Below, in pieces: positions 55,101 through 64,000 of a stretch of DNA of 64,000 bases. Both the position numbers and the translations under genes were made by a program. This DNA comes from Candidatus Poribacteria bacterium (GTDB lineage Bacteria; Poribacteria; WGA-4E; WGA-3G). The notes under the pieces are model-generated. The model saw only the letters and a list, made by a program, of their open reading frames with translations, ran no database searches and had not been told where the DNA came from. The DNA lies in NCBI GenBank assembly GCA_965242965.1, contig OZ251518.1, positions 3,776,001 to 3,840,000 of the forward strand, written 5' to 3'. Each line of letters begins with the position of its first letter. Within the stretch, counting starts at the first letter, position 1.

Positions 55101-56049
55101 CGGCACACTGCCGCAATGGATCGAACTCTACAACAATTCCAAAACGGATGCTATCAATCTCAACCGTTGGGAGTTGGAGATTCAGAATGTCGATTCCGAG
55201 GACTTAGTCGGCCGCCCGATTGTCACGTTGACGTTAGGAGAAAAAGTGATTCAACCGAATCAAACGTTGCTCATCGTCGCGGGACCGGCGCGTGCGTCGT
55301 CGGATTCGTATCTACCGGCGGACAGAGTTTACGATCTGCTCGCACTTCATGAGAAGAATCTGCGCATCAAGCGTGCGCGCGATACCTTCTTAAGTACCGA
55401 GGGGTTCTATCTGAAACTCTGCGATAGAAACGGGAATCTTGTTGACGAAGTCGGTAACAGGGACAGCGATCGGCGTTCGGATGATGCACCTGCATGGGCA
55501 TTACCGTTGAGTTTTGAGGAAGGTTCGCGGAGTTCCATCATTCGGCGTTACGATAAAGGTGTTGCGCTGCCGGGACGAAAGCGTGCGAGTTGGGTGTTGG
55601 CGGCGCGCGTCAAGCCGTTTGATGCGTCTCTCCACTACGGCCATGCCGATGACATCGGGACCCCGGGGCATCGTGAAGGCGGTGCATTACCTGTTGAGTT
55701 ATCCAGTTTCTCGCTGACGCGCACCGAGGCAGGTGCTGTCGTCTTGACATGGACAACCGAGTCAGAAGTCGACAACGCCGGGTTCAACTTGCGTCGGAGT
55801 GAAAAGCGCGCGAGTGGTTTCACGCTCTTGAATCCTGCCTTAATCGCCGGTGCCGGCACGACTGGTGAACGTCAGACTTATACGTTTACGGATACGTCTG
55901 CGAAGCCGGGTCTTGAGTATTACTATCAGATCGAGGAAGTCGCGTTTGATGGGAAACCTGAGACATTGGCGATGCGTATGTTGCGCGGTCCCGTATCTGC
56001 GGCAAATCGGATGTTGACAACGTTTGGTGCGTTGAAAAAGCGGGAATAG
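52174..56049 (+). CDS. Large secreted protein with Ig-like domains, two lamin-tail-like domains and a PVEL domain; paralog of the C-terminal region of 13325-19282
   Basis: AGGAGG RBS and signal peptide; DLAGN motifs; PIVFNELGNG...DWLELRN, LPQWIELYN and LPVELSSF motifs. Confidence 0.85.
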   Translation: MFRKSLFPLPTLLILLCIVGVISFAAPRTADAHHVTVTGATFKFQKKLGEDSYSAVEASTSDTTLELGDRIIVDVTFSEPVDINSSTAYVFLLFDSPNWVQWVSFDDNQSNVTTARVTYTVKNTESQRDSDPDGIELYVFPASNPNNPNQFLRNHGAGWNAIVEAGTNIAIDFTSANQALATAANANAPRIENNAPTLVDIDDDPILEQYIKFLGAPKSGRHYSQFVASHRLNWGLVWRPVDRQFYLEQGESDDPPYDANGYTRAPVTGEPNYAAYNVGEKVRFELLFNEKVRVVRTDPGIPVTMKVEFDTPTRSKDAILVEGGDGTSKKLVFECTVEEGDGDWGAGLQVLFGAAPQIHGGTVQDLAGNVSELPNWFYGRSEDFASYFRAVDTYPPTVRIARVPVDDNGDVIEATSRNDTDSILYGLAGEREEAIRLPPSAGTETGTFTMYVTFFNMFPPGSGKSKLAEDLHPGAPFEASDIQITAGGEVLRDARVTLRYRGMWGRAVTAAQARVYLATITPPLGFNGEMEIQVPAGATMDLAGNENQASNTLTVPVNNPLRVVETPEIVAPPAGAYTAGDDIEVEVTYDRENLRYEGEDPPYLTLYLGEEIPANARHAVWSASEDTNSTKVTFAYTVAATDTVAEAVRVPSVKILVPDKTMLLSGPLTAPSERQIGTEAAAAASGTAPKTVQTVEPLPEVSPIVSDTPVVPVYPIFEEAAPKAAASDVPREPIVFNELGNGSGDANDWLELRNVTGSDVSLKDWELSVVQDGKKEDTSLIVFPDVSVPANGLLLITNSDPTAEGNVLAGGDNVATAEVETKGSSHLYLVKSELSLPDDGKFLLILRNAKEKLGLNEAFVDVAGGGGSDTDAFVREQTGDYDTHVWPLQVLQAPGGDTEDALGSGKVWQRAKADIIGYHRDAWAESDFTGIGYDRKVTESAATAGTPGYPNGAVKTEAATPKGSVTLSEIMFDSAGGTLPQWIELYNNSKTDAINLNRWELEIQNVDSEDLVGRPIVTLTLGEKVIQPNQTLLIVAGPARASSDSYLPADRVYDLLALHEKNLRIKRARDTFLSTEGFYLKLCDRNGNLVDEVGNRDSDRRSDDAPAWALPLSFEEGSRSSIIRRYDKGVALPGRKRASWVLAARVKPFDASLHYGHADDIGTPGHREGGALPVELSSFSLTRTEAGAVVLTWTTESEVDNAGFNLRRSEKRASGFTLLNPALIAGAGTTGERQTYTFTDTSAKPGLEYYYQIEEVAFDGKPETLAMRMLRGPVSAANRMLTTFGALKKRE

Positions 56050-56059
56050 GCTGTTAAGG

Positions 56060-56285
56060 CCCCGTAGCGCGGGGGCCAGGCCCCCGCGATCTCTCGGTAG
56101 ACCGCAGCATGGCGAGAGACAGGCCCTCGCCCTACGGTAAAAGGGGCGGTTTTGGATACCGTAGCGCGGGGGCCTGTCCCCCGCGATCGTTTTAGGCTCC
56201 GTTTAGGCCCCGTAGCGCGGGGGCCTGTCCCCCGCGATCTCTGGCGATATCCAACGCCGGCGAAGGACAGGCCCTCGCCCTACGT
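56060..56285. repeat. GTAG-REP cluster between convergent genes
   Basis: Alternating gtagcgcgggggcctgtcccccgcg and acaggccctcgccctac units. Confidence 0.85.
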
Positions 56286-56295
56286 TCCAAAGAGT

Positions 56296-57987
56296 TTATC
56301 GCGCAAGCACCCCATCCCCCTCCTCAACCCGCAAAACCTGGTCTGCCTTCACATTAAAAAACTGCGCCACGCGCCCACTCGGCCAGCGAATCCCAAGCAG
56401 TTCAACCTGCGTATGTTCGCCAATCCCGAAATGGACGCGGCAATCACTTTGCGAGAGATAACTCGCGCCACTCCGCACCTCTCTGATAAGCGACAAGTCG
56501 CCTGCCTTTACGGTAATTCGCGCGCCGATAGAAAAACCAATCGCTTGAACCGTTATCCAATGATTGCTGTTGCCGCCCTCGTTACGGAGGAGCGTCGCGG
56601 GTTGATTAGAGTTGTTGAGAAAAATGTCAATATCGCCATCGTTATCGTAGTCACCGAAGGCGGCGGCGCGCCCGACTTTAGGAGGCAACTCTGTCAAACC
56701 AACGGCGGATGAGACATCCGTGAAACGAGCCCATTGACGCGTCCTCCCCGTTTTGCCATCTTCGGGTAGGCGCGTCTTCCCTGTCTCGATGCCGTTATTT
56801 TCAAAGAGCAAATCTGCCTGCGCATACGTGGCATCTGAAAAAAGCCCAATGTTTTCTTGCAAATGCCCGTTAGCGACGAACAGATCCAGATATCCATCGT
56901 TGTTGTAATCAAAAAACTCCACTGCCCACTTGAAATAGGGAAGCGTGATGGCACCAATCCCTGACACATAGGAGACATCGGTGAAAAATTGATGCCGTTC
57001 GTTATGATAAAGGAGGACAGGGAGCGCGGAGGCGTTGCTCACAACCAGATCGAGGTATCCATCGTTATCATAATCGCCGAACGCGCTGCCCATGCCGCTG
57101 CCGGGCATCCCGTTTTCGTCATAGCCGACACCGGCGAGGGCGGCGGTTTCAGTAAACGTGCCGTCGCCGTTGTTTTGATAAAGCCGGTCTGCCTCCATAT
57201 CGTTGGCGATGTGCAGGTCTGCGTCGCCATCGTTATCGTAATCACCTATTGCCACGGCGAGTCCCAGTGCGCGATGCGAGATTCCCGATGCTTCGGTGAC
57301 ATCGGTGAAGGTGCTGTCACCGTTATTGCGATAGAGGATATCGGGTTCACTGACGAAGTGGCTGCCGGCAATCTGATCGGTGGGGCTACAATAGGTTCGG
57401 ATGCCGCGCGTCTCCCACCATCGGTTCGCTGCCAGCGAAAATTTCATATAGTTGACGACGTAGAGGTCTGCGTCACCATCTAAATCGTAGTCAAGAAAAG
57501 CGCAGCTTGTTCCCCATCGTTCATCGCCGACACGTGCTTTCTCCGTGATGTCGGTAAACGTGCTGTCGCCGTTGTTACGATAGAGGCGATTCGCACCGAA
57601 GTTGGTGACGTAAATATCTACGTAACCGTCGTTGTCAATATCGGCGGCGGCGCAGCCGACACCGTAGCCGATGTCGCCGGCACCTGAGGCATCTGTCACG
57701 TCGGTGAACGTGCTATCGCCGTTGTTGCGATAGAGCGCGTTTCGGTTTTCGGTTGAGGGAGGGATAGTGTTGGCGTTGACAACATAGATATCGAGGTTGC
57801 CATCGTTATCGTAATCAAAGAAGAGCGCGCCGGAACCGAGCGTTTCGATGAGGTATTTTTCCCCGGTGCGGCCATCGACGTGCTGGAAGGTGATGCCTGC
57901 CTCGGCGGTGACATCAACGAATTGGGGTTGCGGATAGGCAAAAGTGGACAAGATGAGGGTGAGGAGGAGGCAATAGATGGCTTTCAT
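56296..57987 (-). CDS. CRTAC1 family protein (FG-GAP and ASPIC/UnbV)
   Basis: Signal peptide; DYDNDG repeats; SYLSQ...HFGIG...WPSG. Confidence 0.9.
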   Translation of the reverse strand: MKAIYCLLLTLILSTFAYPQPQFVDVTAEAGITFQHVDGRTGEKYLIETLGSGALFFDYDNDGNLDIYVVNANTIPPSTENRNALYRNNGDSTFTDVTDASGAGDIGYGVGCAAADIDNDGYVDIYVTNFGANRLYRNNGDSTFTDITEKARVGDERWGTSCAFLDYDLDGDADLYVVNYMKFSLAANRWWETRGIRTYCSPTDQIAGSHFVSEPDILYRNNGDSTFTDVTEASGISHRALGLAVAIGDYDNDGDADLHIANDMEADRLYQNNGDGTFTETAALAGVGYDENGMPGSGMGSAFGDYDNDGYLDLVVSNASALPVLLYHNERHQFFTDVSYVSGIGAITLPYFKWAVEFFDYNNDGYLDLFVANGHLQENIGLFSDATYAQADLLFENNGIETGKTRLPEDGKTGRTRQWARFTDVSSAVGLTELPPKVGRAAAFGDYDNDGDIDIFLNNSNQPATLLRNEGGNSNHWITVQAIGFSIGARITVKAGDLSLIREVRSGASYLSQSDCRVHFGIGEHTQVELLGIRWPSGRVAQFFNVKADQVLRVEEGDGVLAR

Positions 57988-57990
57988 CTC

Positions 57991-59160
57991 TTAATGCATT
58001 GCTTTTTGGCTGGCATGTTGCGCCTTCTTGTCCAAACCGAGCAACGCGTAGACATTCGCAAGCGTATCCCAATAATTCCGTTCATCTGGCGCGAGACGCA
58101 CGGCGGTTTCCGCGTGCCACCGGGCGTCCTCCACTCCCCGTAGGGCAAGGGCCTGTCCCTCGCCATGCTTATCCTGTCCCTCGCCGTGCTTATCCAAATA
58201 ACAGACAGCCAAATTATTATGCGCGATGGCAAGGTTCGCATCGGCAGCAATGGCGCGTTGATACGCCGCAATCGCCAATTTCAACTTCGCCTGTTTATGA
58301 TAAGCATGCCCCAGATTATAGTGTGCTGTCGCCGATGTCGGTGCGAGCGCGATGGCGCGTTGATAGTTTTCAATCGCCTTACCAAATCTTCGGCGTGCGA
58401 GATAGACGATGCCGAGGTTGTTATAGCCTTTCGCATCCGCTGGATGCGTTTTTACCCATTTCTGTGCCTGCTCCAGAAGTGGGGCAGTCTGGTGCAACAC
58501 TTTGAAAAACGCCATTACTGCGGCCGCCTTCTCCGTTTTTCCCGATTTCATCAACGCCTGCGCGAGGTGATAATGCGCCGCCGTGTTATCGGCTTGAATA
58601 GCGATACCCTTTTCAAACGTCTCAATTGCGAGAGGCAAGTGTCCCTGCTTTGCGTAGACTTGTCCTAACCCTAAAAGCGCGACGGTTCCGTTTGGGTTAA
58701 GTTTCATCGCCGCGGTATAGGCACGCGCCGCTTCTGCCAATGCCCCCTGTTTCAGTTGCACCTCGCCGAGTCCGTTGTAGGCATCCTCAAAATCTGGTGC
58801 GAGCGCAATCGCCTTTTCAAACGCTTCTTTTGCAAGCGGCAATGTCCCTTGCTTCAGATGGACTAAGCCGCGGTTATAGTGCGGCTGCGCACTTTTCGGA
58901 GAGAGTTGGGCGGCTTTATGGTAAGTGGCAAGCGCGGCACCATACTGCTTGAGCTCCGAATAGGCGATACCGAGGTGAAGATGCGCCGTGAAGGAATTCG
59001 GTTCATAGGCGATGGCTTTCTGGTATTCTGCCACCGCCCGGTCGAATTCCTCCAGTGTGTGATAGGCGAGTGCCGTTCGGTAATGCACATCGGCTCTGTT
59101 CGCGGCGGCGAGGTTGCCTATCACGCCGAAGATGAATAGTATGACGAAGGGATGTTGCAT
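57991..59160 (-). CDS. Exported TPR protein
   Basis: Signal peptide from MQHPF; about 9 TPR repeats. Confidence 0.88.
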   Translation of the reverse strand: MQHPFVILFIFGVIGNLAAANRADVHYRTALAYHTLEEFDRAVAEYQKAIAYEPNSFTAHLHLGIAYSELKQYGAALATYHKAAQLSPKSAQPHYNRGLVHLKQGTLPLAKEAFEKAIALAPDFEDAYNGLGEVQLKQGALAEAARAYTAAMKLNPNGTVALLGLGQVYAKQGHLPLAIETFEKGIAIQADNTAAHYHLAQALMKSGKTEKAAAVMAFFKVLHQTAPLLEQAQKWVKTHPADAKGYNNLGIVYLARRRFGKAIENYQRAIALAPTSATAHYNLGHAYHKQAKLKLAIAAYQRAIAADANLAIAHNNLAVCYLDKHGEGQDKHGEGQALALRGVEDARWHAETAVRLAPDERNYWDTLANVYALLGLDKKAQHASQKAMH

Positions 59161-59162
59161 TT

Positions 59163-59927
59163 CTAGTGGCGTTGTGCTTTCACGCTTCCCCAAGTCGTAG
59201 CCAATTTCTCCGCGGGTTCCACCGGCAAAAATTCGCCATCTTTGAGTTCGTTAATTTCTGCTGCGGTGATAATCCGGTCGAAGAGAAACACCTCATCAAT
59301 GATGCCGGTGAAAAACTCTTCACCCGGGTGTCGCGCGCCTACCATGACAGAACCGTCAATTTCATCAACGACAGGCGGTTTCGCGCCGCCGCCCGCTTTT
59401 TTGCCATCGTTGTAAATCACGACTTCGGATTTCGTATCATGCGTCACGGCGAGATGCACCCAGTCTTCGGGTTGGATGTCATCGGTGATGGCTTTCTGTG
59501 CCCACGCGCCGCCCGAGGTGCTCCAGAAATAGGTTTTATTGTCCACGGTTCTGAAGATGGATGCCCATTTGAGGGAGCCGGCGGTTACCATGTAATTCCA
59601 TTCCCGAATTTGCGCATCGCTGCGTTTTACCCAGAAAGCGATGGAGAACTGCTCGGTTAACTGCAAGGTATCGTTAATCGGCACCATGACGTGCTGTCCC
59701 TTTGTCCCATCAAATTCGAGTGCCTTGCCGAATTGTCCATCTACCCATTTCGGGTTTTGGATGAGCTCGCCATCGTGTCCGTGGACGGAGCCATCTTTCG
59801 CGTCGCCGCCTTGTCCTTCGTCAAAGGAGAGGTATAAGACGAGGGATTTGTCATCTAATCCTGCGAATGTCGGCATCGCACCGATGAGTGCGATAGCCAG
59901 CATGGTGATGAATAATTTTGTTTTCAT
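59163..59927 (-). CDS. Secreted LamG-like jellyroll protein
   Basis: LYLSFDEG, GKALEFDG, WVHLAVT and FTGIIDEV motifs; C-terminal PVEPAEKLATTWGSVKAQRH. Confidence 0.88.
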   Translation of the reverse strand: MKTKLFITMLAIALIGAMPTFAGLDDKSLVLYLSFDEGQGGDAKDGSVHGHDGELIQNPKWVDGQFGKALEFDGTKGQHVMVPINDTLQLTEQFSIAFWVKRSDAQIREWNYMVTAGSLKWASIFRTVDNKTYFWSTSGGAWAQKAITDDIQPEDWVHLAVTHDTKSEVVIYNDGKKAGGGAKPPVVDEIDGSVMVGARHPGEEFFTGIIDEVFLFDRIITAAEINELKDGEFLPVEPAEKLATTWGSVKAQRH

Positions 59928-60104
59928 CGTGGATTCCTCCTATAGTGTGTTAAATATCATATTATATTCAGGGTTAAATGTCAAGCCTGAAGCAAGATTT
60001 CGCAGGATTAAGGGGATTGAGGCGCGCGGCGTTGCTAGTTCAATCATTGCAAATTACCTCGAAACATGATATGCTATTCCCATTACAAAGGATGGAAAGA
60101 ATCG

Positions 60105-60839
60105 ATGCAAACCCAACGTATATGCCTCTGGTCTGGGCCGCGGAACGTTTCGACAGCGTTGATGTATGCGTTTGCGCAGCGGGGTGATACACGCGTGATT
60201 GACGAACCACTCTACGGATACTACCTCCACGCGACCGGCGCGTCACATCCCGGCAGTGCCGAGGTAATCGCGGTGATGCGGACAGATAGCGCGCAGGTTA
60301 TCCGCGAGGTTATCCTCGGTCCGTGCGATAAACCGGTGCTTTTCATGAAGCAGATGGCGCATCACCTCGTGGACATTGAGCTCGGTTTTATGCGGGAGAC
60401 GGTGAACGTGTTGCTTATCCGCGACCCGAGAGAGATGCTTCCGTCGCTGGAGAAGATTATCGGGAAACCGAGGTTAGCGGATACCGGATTGAAGAGGCAG
60501 GCAGAATTATTGAAGTTTTTGAGAGCATTAGGGCAGTCGCCCTCGGTGTTAGAGTCGCGTGAACTGCTCCGCGGTCCGGAGAGTGTGCTGCGTCAGTTAT
60601 GCGCGCAACTTGGGCTTCCGTTTGAGGATGCGATGTTATCGTGGCCCCGCGGTCCGCATCCTGATGATGGGGTGTGGGCTCGGCATTGGTATGGTAACGT
60701 GCATCAGTCGACTGGGTTCGCGCCTTATCGTCCGAAGACGGAGCCGTTTCCATCGGCACTACGCGATATATTGGAAGAGTGCGTGCCGTATTATGAGACG
60801 TTGCGCGCGGCGGCGATTGTTGCAACTCCCGGTTCGTAG
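60105..60839 (+). CDS. Sulfotransferase-like P-loop protein (family associated with class IV aminotransferases)
   Basis: WSGPRNVSTALMY, DEPLY, KQMAHH, LIRDP and DGVWARHWY motifs. Confidence 0.8.
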   Translation: MQTQRICLWSGPRNVSTALMYAFAQRGDTRVIDEPLYGYYLHATGASHPGSAEVIAVMRTDSAQVIREVILGPCDKPVLFMKQMAHHLVDIELGFMRETVNVLLIRDPREMLPSLEKIIGKPRLADTGLKRQAELLKFLRALGQSPSVLESRELLRGPESVLRQLCAQLGLPFEDAMLSWPRGPHPDDGVWARHWYGNVHQSTGFAPYRPKTEPFPSALRDILEECVPYYETLRAAAIVATPGS

Positions 60840-60983
60840 GCACGAGCGAGAGTGACAGATTCTCACGTTCCTGCAAAATCTGTAGGGCAGACTCACCGTT
60901 TCGGGTGCCCGATGCCGCTAACATCGGCGGGTTGCGAGCCCGCACTACAGCAACACGCCAAACGACATGAATAAGGATAAACT

Positions 60984-61892
60984 ATGTCCCCACAATTACC
61001 GGATGCCAGGAATGAAAACATTTTAATCTCTATCAACGGCGAATTGCTACCGCGCGAAGATGCGAAGATCTCCGTGTTTGACAGCCTCGTTCAAGGTGGC
61101 GATGGCGTTTGGGAGGGATTGCGCGTCTATCACGGCAAGATTTTCGCCTTGGATGCGCACTTGGAGCGGCTGTTCGATTCGGCGCATGCGATGGCGTTCG
61201 TCGGCATTCCGACGAACGCCGAAGTCAAATCGGCGATTTTTGAGACGCTTCACGCCAACGGCATGCACAACGGTGCGCACATCCGCTTGACGCTCAGCCG
61301 CGGCAAAAAGGTCACGTCTAGCATGGATGCGCGCATGAATCAATACGGGACGACGCTGATTGTCCTCGCCGAGTGGAAGCCGCCTATCTATGCGAGCAGC
61401 GGCATCCGCTTGATTACTTCGGCGATTCGCAGGAATCCGCCGCAGTGCATCGATTCCAAAATCCACCATAACAACCTGATTAACAATATCCTTGCGAAGT
61501 TGGAGGCGAACGTCGCCGGCGTGGACGATGCAATTATGCTGGATATCCACGGCTACGTCTCTGAAACTAACGCGACGAACATCTTTGTTATCAAACGTGG
61601 TGAGATGCTGACACCCCATGCGGATAGTTGTCTGCCGGGGATTACGCGCGGCGTAGTTATCCGTCTGGCACGCGCGGCTGGCATTCCGCTGAGAGAACGG
61701 AACGTCTCCTTAACCGAGGTCTGGACAGCAGATGAGGTGTTCACGACAGGGACTGTGGGTGAATTGAGTCCGGTGTTGGAAGTTGATGGCAGGCAGATTG
61801 GTGCTGGCACGCCGGGGCCGGTGACTGCGCAATTACAGGAGTTATATGCTGCATTGACTGTGCAGGAAGGGGAGCCAATTCCGCCGCGATAA
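60984..61892 (+). CDS. Class IV PLP aminotransferase (branched-chain/D-amino acid family)
   Basis: ISVFDS...GDGVWEGLR, CLPGITR and ADEVFTTGT motifs. Confidence 0.92.
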   Translation: MSPQLPDARNENILISINGELLPREDAKISVFDSLVQGGDGVWEGLRVYHGKIFALDAHLERLFDSAHAMAFVGIPTNAEVKSAIFETLHANGMHNGAHIRLTLSRGKKVTSSMDARMNQYGTTLIVLAEWKPPIYASSGIRLITSAIRRNPPQCIDSKIHHNNLINNILAKLEANVAGVDDAIMLDIHGYVSETNATNIFVIKRGEMLTPHADSCLPGITRGVVIRLARAAGIPLRERNVSLTEVWTADEVFTTGTVGELSPVLEVDGRQIGAGTPGPVTAQLQELYAALTVQEGEPIPPR

Positions 61893-61956
61893 TCGTAGCG
61901 GAACAAACGCGGTAGACTCGGTTTGCAACCGTGCCTACCGCGTGGTTGGCTTGATT

Positions 61957-62460
61957 CTACTGGGGCGGTGGCGGTGGCGGCGGTGGTTCGGTGAAAGTTT
62001 GCCCGTTCGCCGCTGCGTCCAAGCGTCGGACGTTCCAAGCGGCCCACTGTTGATACATGTCAACGGTGCCCTCGGTTCTGCCTTGGGCAATTCCCTCGGT
62101 TCTGCCTTGGGCTTTGCCTTCGGCTAAGCCTTTGGCTCGAGCTGCGTCGGCTTCTCGCTGGATGCGTTTTTCGCGCTCGGCGCGGAAATAGTCTCTCAGA
62201 ATCATCATGATGTCGATACCTCCAAAGATGAGGACAACCGAACCGAAGGCAACCATCAGGAAGTCGCCCATGTGGGCGACAATGTTCTGTGTTGTCTCCA
62301 TTGCCGGTTTGCCCTTTGCAAGTTCGTGTGGAATAAGAAAAGCGGCGTAAGTGCCGACTTCAAGCGCGAAAACAAGGAACGCTGCGAGGAACCATTTCAG
62401 GCGAATTGTCAGCAGCGAGACGCGCGCCTCTTTTTTGTCGGAGTCATTTTTCATTAGCAA
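61957..62460 (-). CDS. Membrane protein with two TM helices, AEG/RTEG repeats and a poly-Pro tail, copy A
   Basis: Near-identical to 62604-63047; AGGAG RBS. Confidence 0.8.
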   Translation of the reverse strand: MLMKNDSDKKEARVSLLTIRLKWFLAAFLVFALEVGTYAAFLIPHELAKGKPAMETTQNIVAHMGDFLMVAFGSVVLIFGGIDIMMILRDYFRAEREKRIQREADAARAKGLAEGKAQGRTEGIAQGRTEGTVDMYQQWAAWNVRRLDAAANGQTFTEPPPPPPPPQ

Positions 62461-62603
62461 GTCTCCTTTTAGTATACCCTATTGCGCGATGCAACTGCAA
62501 GAAAAAACGCGCGATGAGGGATATTTGTCGCCTTCGGAGTAGGAGTTGAAGCCACCGGGTAGGCTCGGTTTCCAACCGTGCCTACCACGCGGTTAGCTTG
62601 GTT

Positions 62604-63047
62604 CTACTGGGGCGGTGGCGGCGGTGGTTCGGTGAAAGTTTGCCCGTTCGCCGCTGCGTCTAAGCGTCGGGCGTTCCAAGCGGCCCACTGTTGATACATG
62701 TCAACGGTGCCTTCCGCTCTGCCTTTGGCTCTGGCTGCGTCAGCTTCTCGCTGGATGCGTTTTTCGCGTTCGGCGCGAAAATAATCTCTCAGAATCATCA
62801 TGATGTCGATACCTCCAAAGATGAGGACAACCGAACCGAAGGCAACCATCAGGAAGTCACCCATGTAGGCTACAATGGCCTGCGTTGTCTCCATTGCCGG
62901 TTTGCCCTTTGCAAGTTCGTATGGAATAAGAAAAGCGGCGTAAGTGCCGACTTCAAGCGCGAAAACAATGAACGCTGCAAGGAACCATTTCAGGCGAATT
63001 GTCAGCAGCGAGACGCGCGCCTCTTTCTTCTCGGTATTGTTTTTCAT
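62604..63047 (-). CDS. Membrane protein with two TM helices and a poly-Pro tail, copy B
   Basis: Tandem paralog of 61957-62460; AGGAGG RBS. Confidence 0.8.
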   Translation of the reverse strand: MKNNTEKKEARVSLLTIRLKWFLAAFIVFALEVGTYAAFLIPYELAKGKPAMETTQAIVAYMGDFLMVAFGSVVLIFGGIDIMMILRDYFRAEREKRIQREADAARAKGRAEGTVDMYQQWAAWNARRLDAAANGQTFTEPPPPPPQ

Positions 63048-63150
63048 TACAAATCCTCCTATCAGTATACCCTATTGCGCGATGCAACTGCAACAAAAAA
63101 ACGCGCGACGAGGGATATGTATATAGTATACATTCCTTAATAGGGGTTTG

Positions 63151-64000
63151 TCAACCTAATTTAATGGAAGATAGACTCGCAAGAAGTTCTCCATCCGTAA
63201 TCACAAGTTTCACCGCCAAAACCGCTATCGGCAGCTTATCGGCAAAGCGCGCCAATTTTTGTTCATCTTTCTGGGTTGTTACGATGCAAATCGCCCCGGT
63301 CTGTGTCATTTTGCGTTGAATCCGCTGACAGTCTGCTTCCGTGTAAGCATGATGGTCTGGGAATGCAAGGGGCTCAACGGTTTCCGGCGCATAGTGGTTG
63401 AGCGTTGTGACGAAAGCGTTCGGGTTACCGATGCCGCACACGGCGAGCAGCCGCTTGCCGCTGAGCCAATTAAGAGGTAATTGTTCCAAATCGCCAGAGG
63501 CATGCAGACGATAGAGATGCGTGGGACGATGGACGCTCTCTAATATGGGGGTGTTCGGTGCTAATTTGCTGAGCTCTTCCCGTAGGAGAGCCCTCCCTGT
63601 CTTGATAGTTTCGGGTATCGGGACAAGGATGTCCCTCCTACCGATGGGTGCGGGTGTCGGGACAGAGATGTTCCTCCTACCGCTAGTTTCAGGTATCGGG
63701 ACAGAGATGTCCCTCCTGCCGATGGAATCTGTCCGAGTCAATAAGATGATGTCAGCGCGGCGGAGGGCAGTGACAGGTTCACGCAGTGTTCCCACAGGCA
63801 AGAGCTGTCCTGTGTCGAAAGGACGCGTCGCGTCAATGGTGACAATGTCCACATCTCGGTGGAGTTGACGGTGTTGGAAGCCGTCGTCAAGAAGTAGCAC
63901 TTCGCTTTTAAAGCGAGTTATGGCGAGTTGCCCCGCGGCATAGCGATGCCTGCCGACAATGATAGGAATTCCTGGGAGGAGGCGCGCCATCATGTCCGCT
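63151..64000 (-). CDS. lpxK: Tetraacyldisaccharide 4'-kinase (5' end outside the window), with an in-frame REP insertion
   Basis: LLLDDGFQHRQLHRD, LLPVGTLREP, CGIGNP, FPDHHAY and TTQKD motifs. Confidence 0.92.
   Translation of the reverse strand, partial: ADMMARLLPGIPIIVGRHRYAAGQLAITRFKSEVLLLDDGFQHRQLHRDVDIVTIDATRPFDTGQLLPVGTLREPVTALRRADIILLTRTDSIGRRDISVPIPETSGRRNISVPTPAPIGRRDILVPIPETIKTGRALLREELSKLAPNTPILESVHRPTHLYRLHASGDLEQLPLNWLSGKRLLAVCGIGNPNAFVTTLNHYAPETVEPLAFPDHHAYTEADCQRIQRKMTQTGAICIVTTQKDEQKLARFADKLPIAVLAVKLVITDGELLASLSSIKLG

Noticed and set aside
61910-63118. Diversity-generating retroelement template/variable repeat pair
   Set aside because: The whole gene and its flanks are duplicated, differences are not confined to adenines, and no reverse transcriptase is in the window.

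Overview
Chromosomal window (no rRNA, tRNA, CRISPR, integrase, transposase or reverse transcriptase found) from a Gram-negative bacterium (lpxK, wza/wzc). The gene content suggests Candidatus Poribacteria or a relative; this is an inference from multiple PhyH dioxygenases, CRTAC1/ASPIC-UnbV proteins, and LamG proteins ending in KLxTTWG. Main observations: (1) A tandem restriction-modification array (769-10515) holds a BcgI-like two-subunit system (R-M plus a two-TRD HsdS) and two paralogs in which R-M is fused to a half-HsdS, each with a different TRD. The copies show patchwork DNA identity. (2) Non-coding elements bounded by GAGGGTGTTTCATA-type inverted ends are filled with shuffled GTAG-REP hairpin modules. 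Two have 8-9 bp target duplications, one splits a decayed vapBC locus, and one pair of ends encloses two genes. (3) REP hairpins are inserted in frame in several proteins, including LpxK. (4) Four secreted proteins (two LamG proteins and two giant Ig/LTD proteins with a shared C-terminal region) end in a common ~20-aa motif that may be a sorting signal. All functional calls come from motif recognition; no database searches were run.
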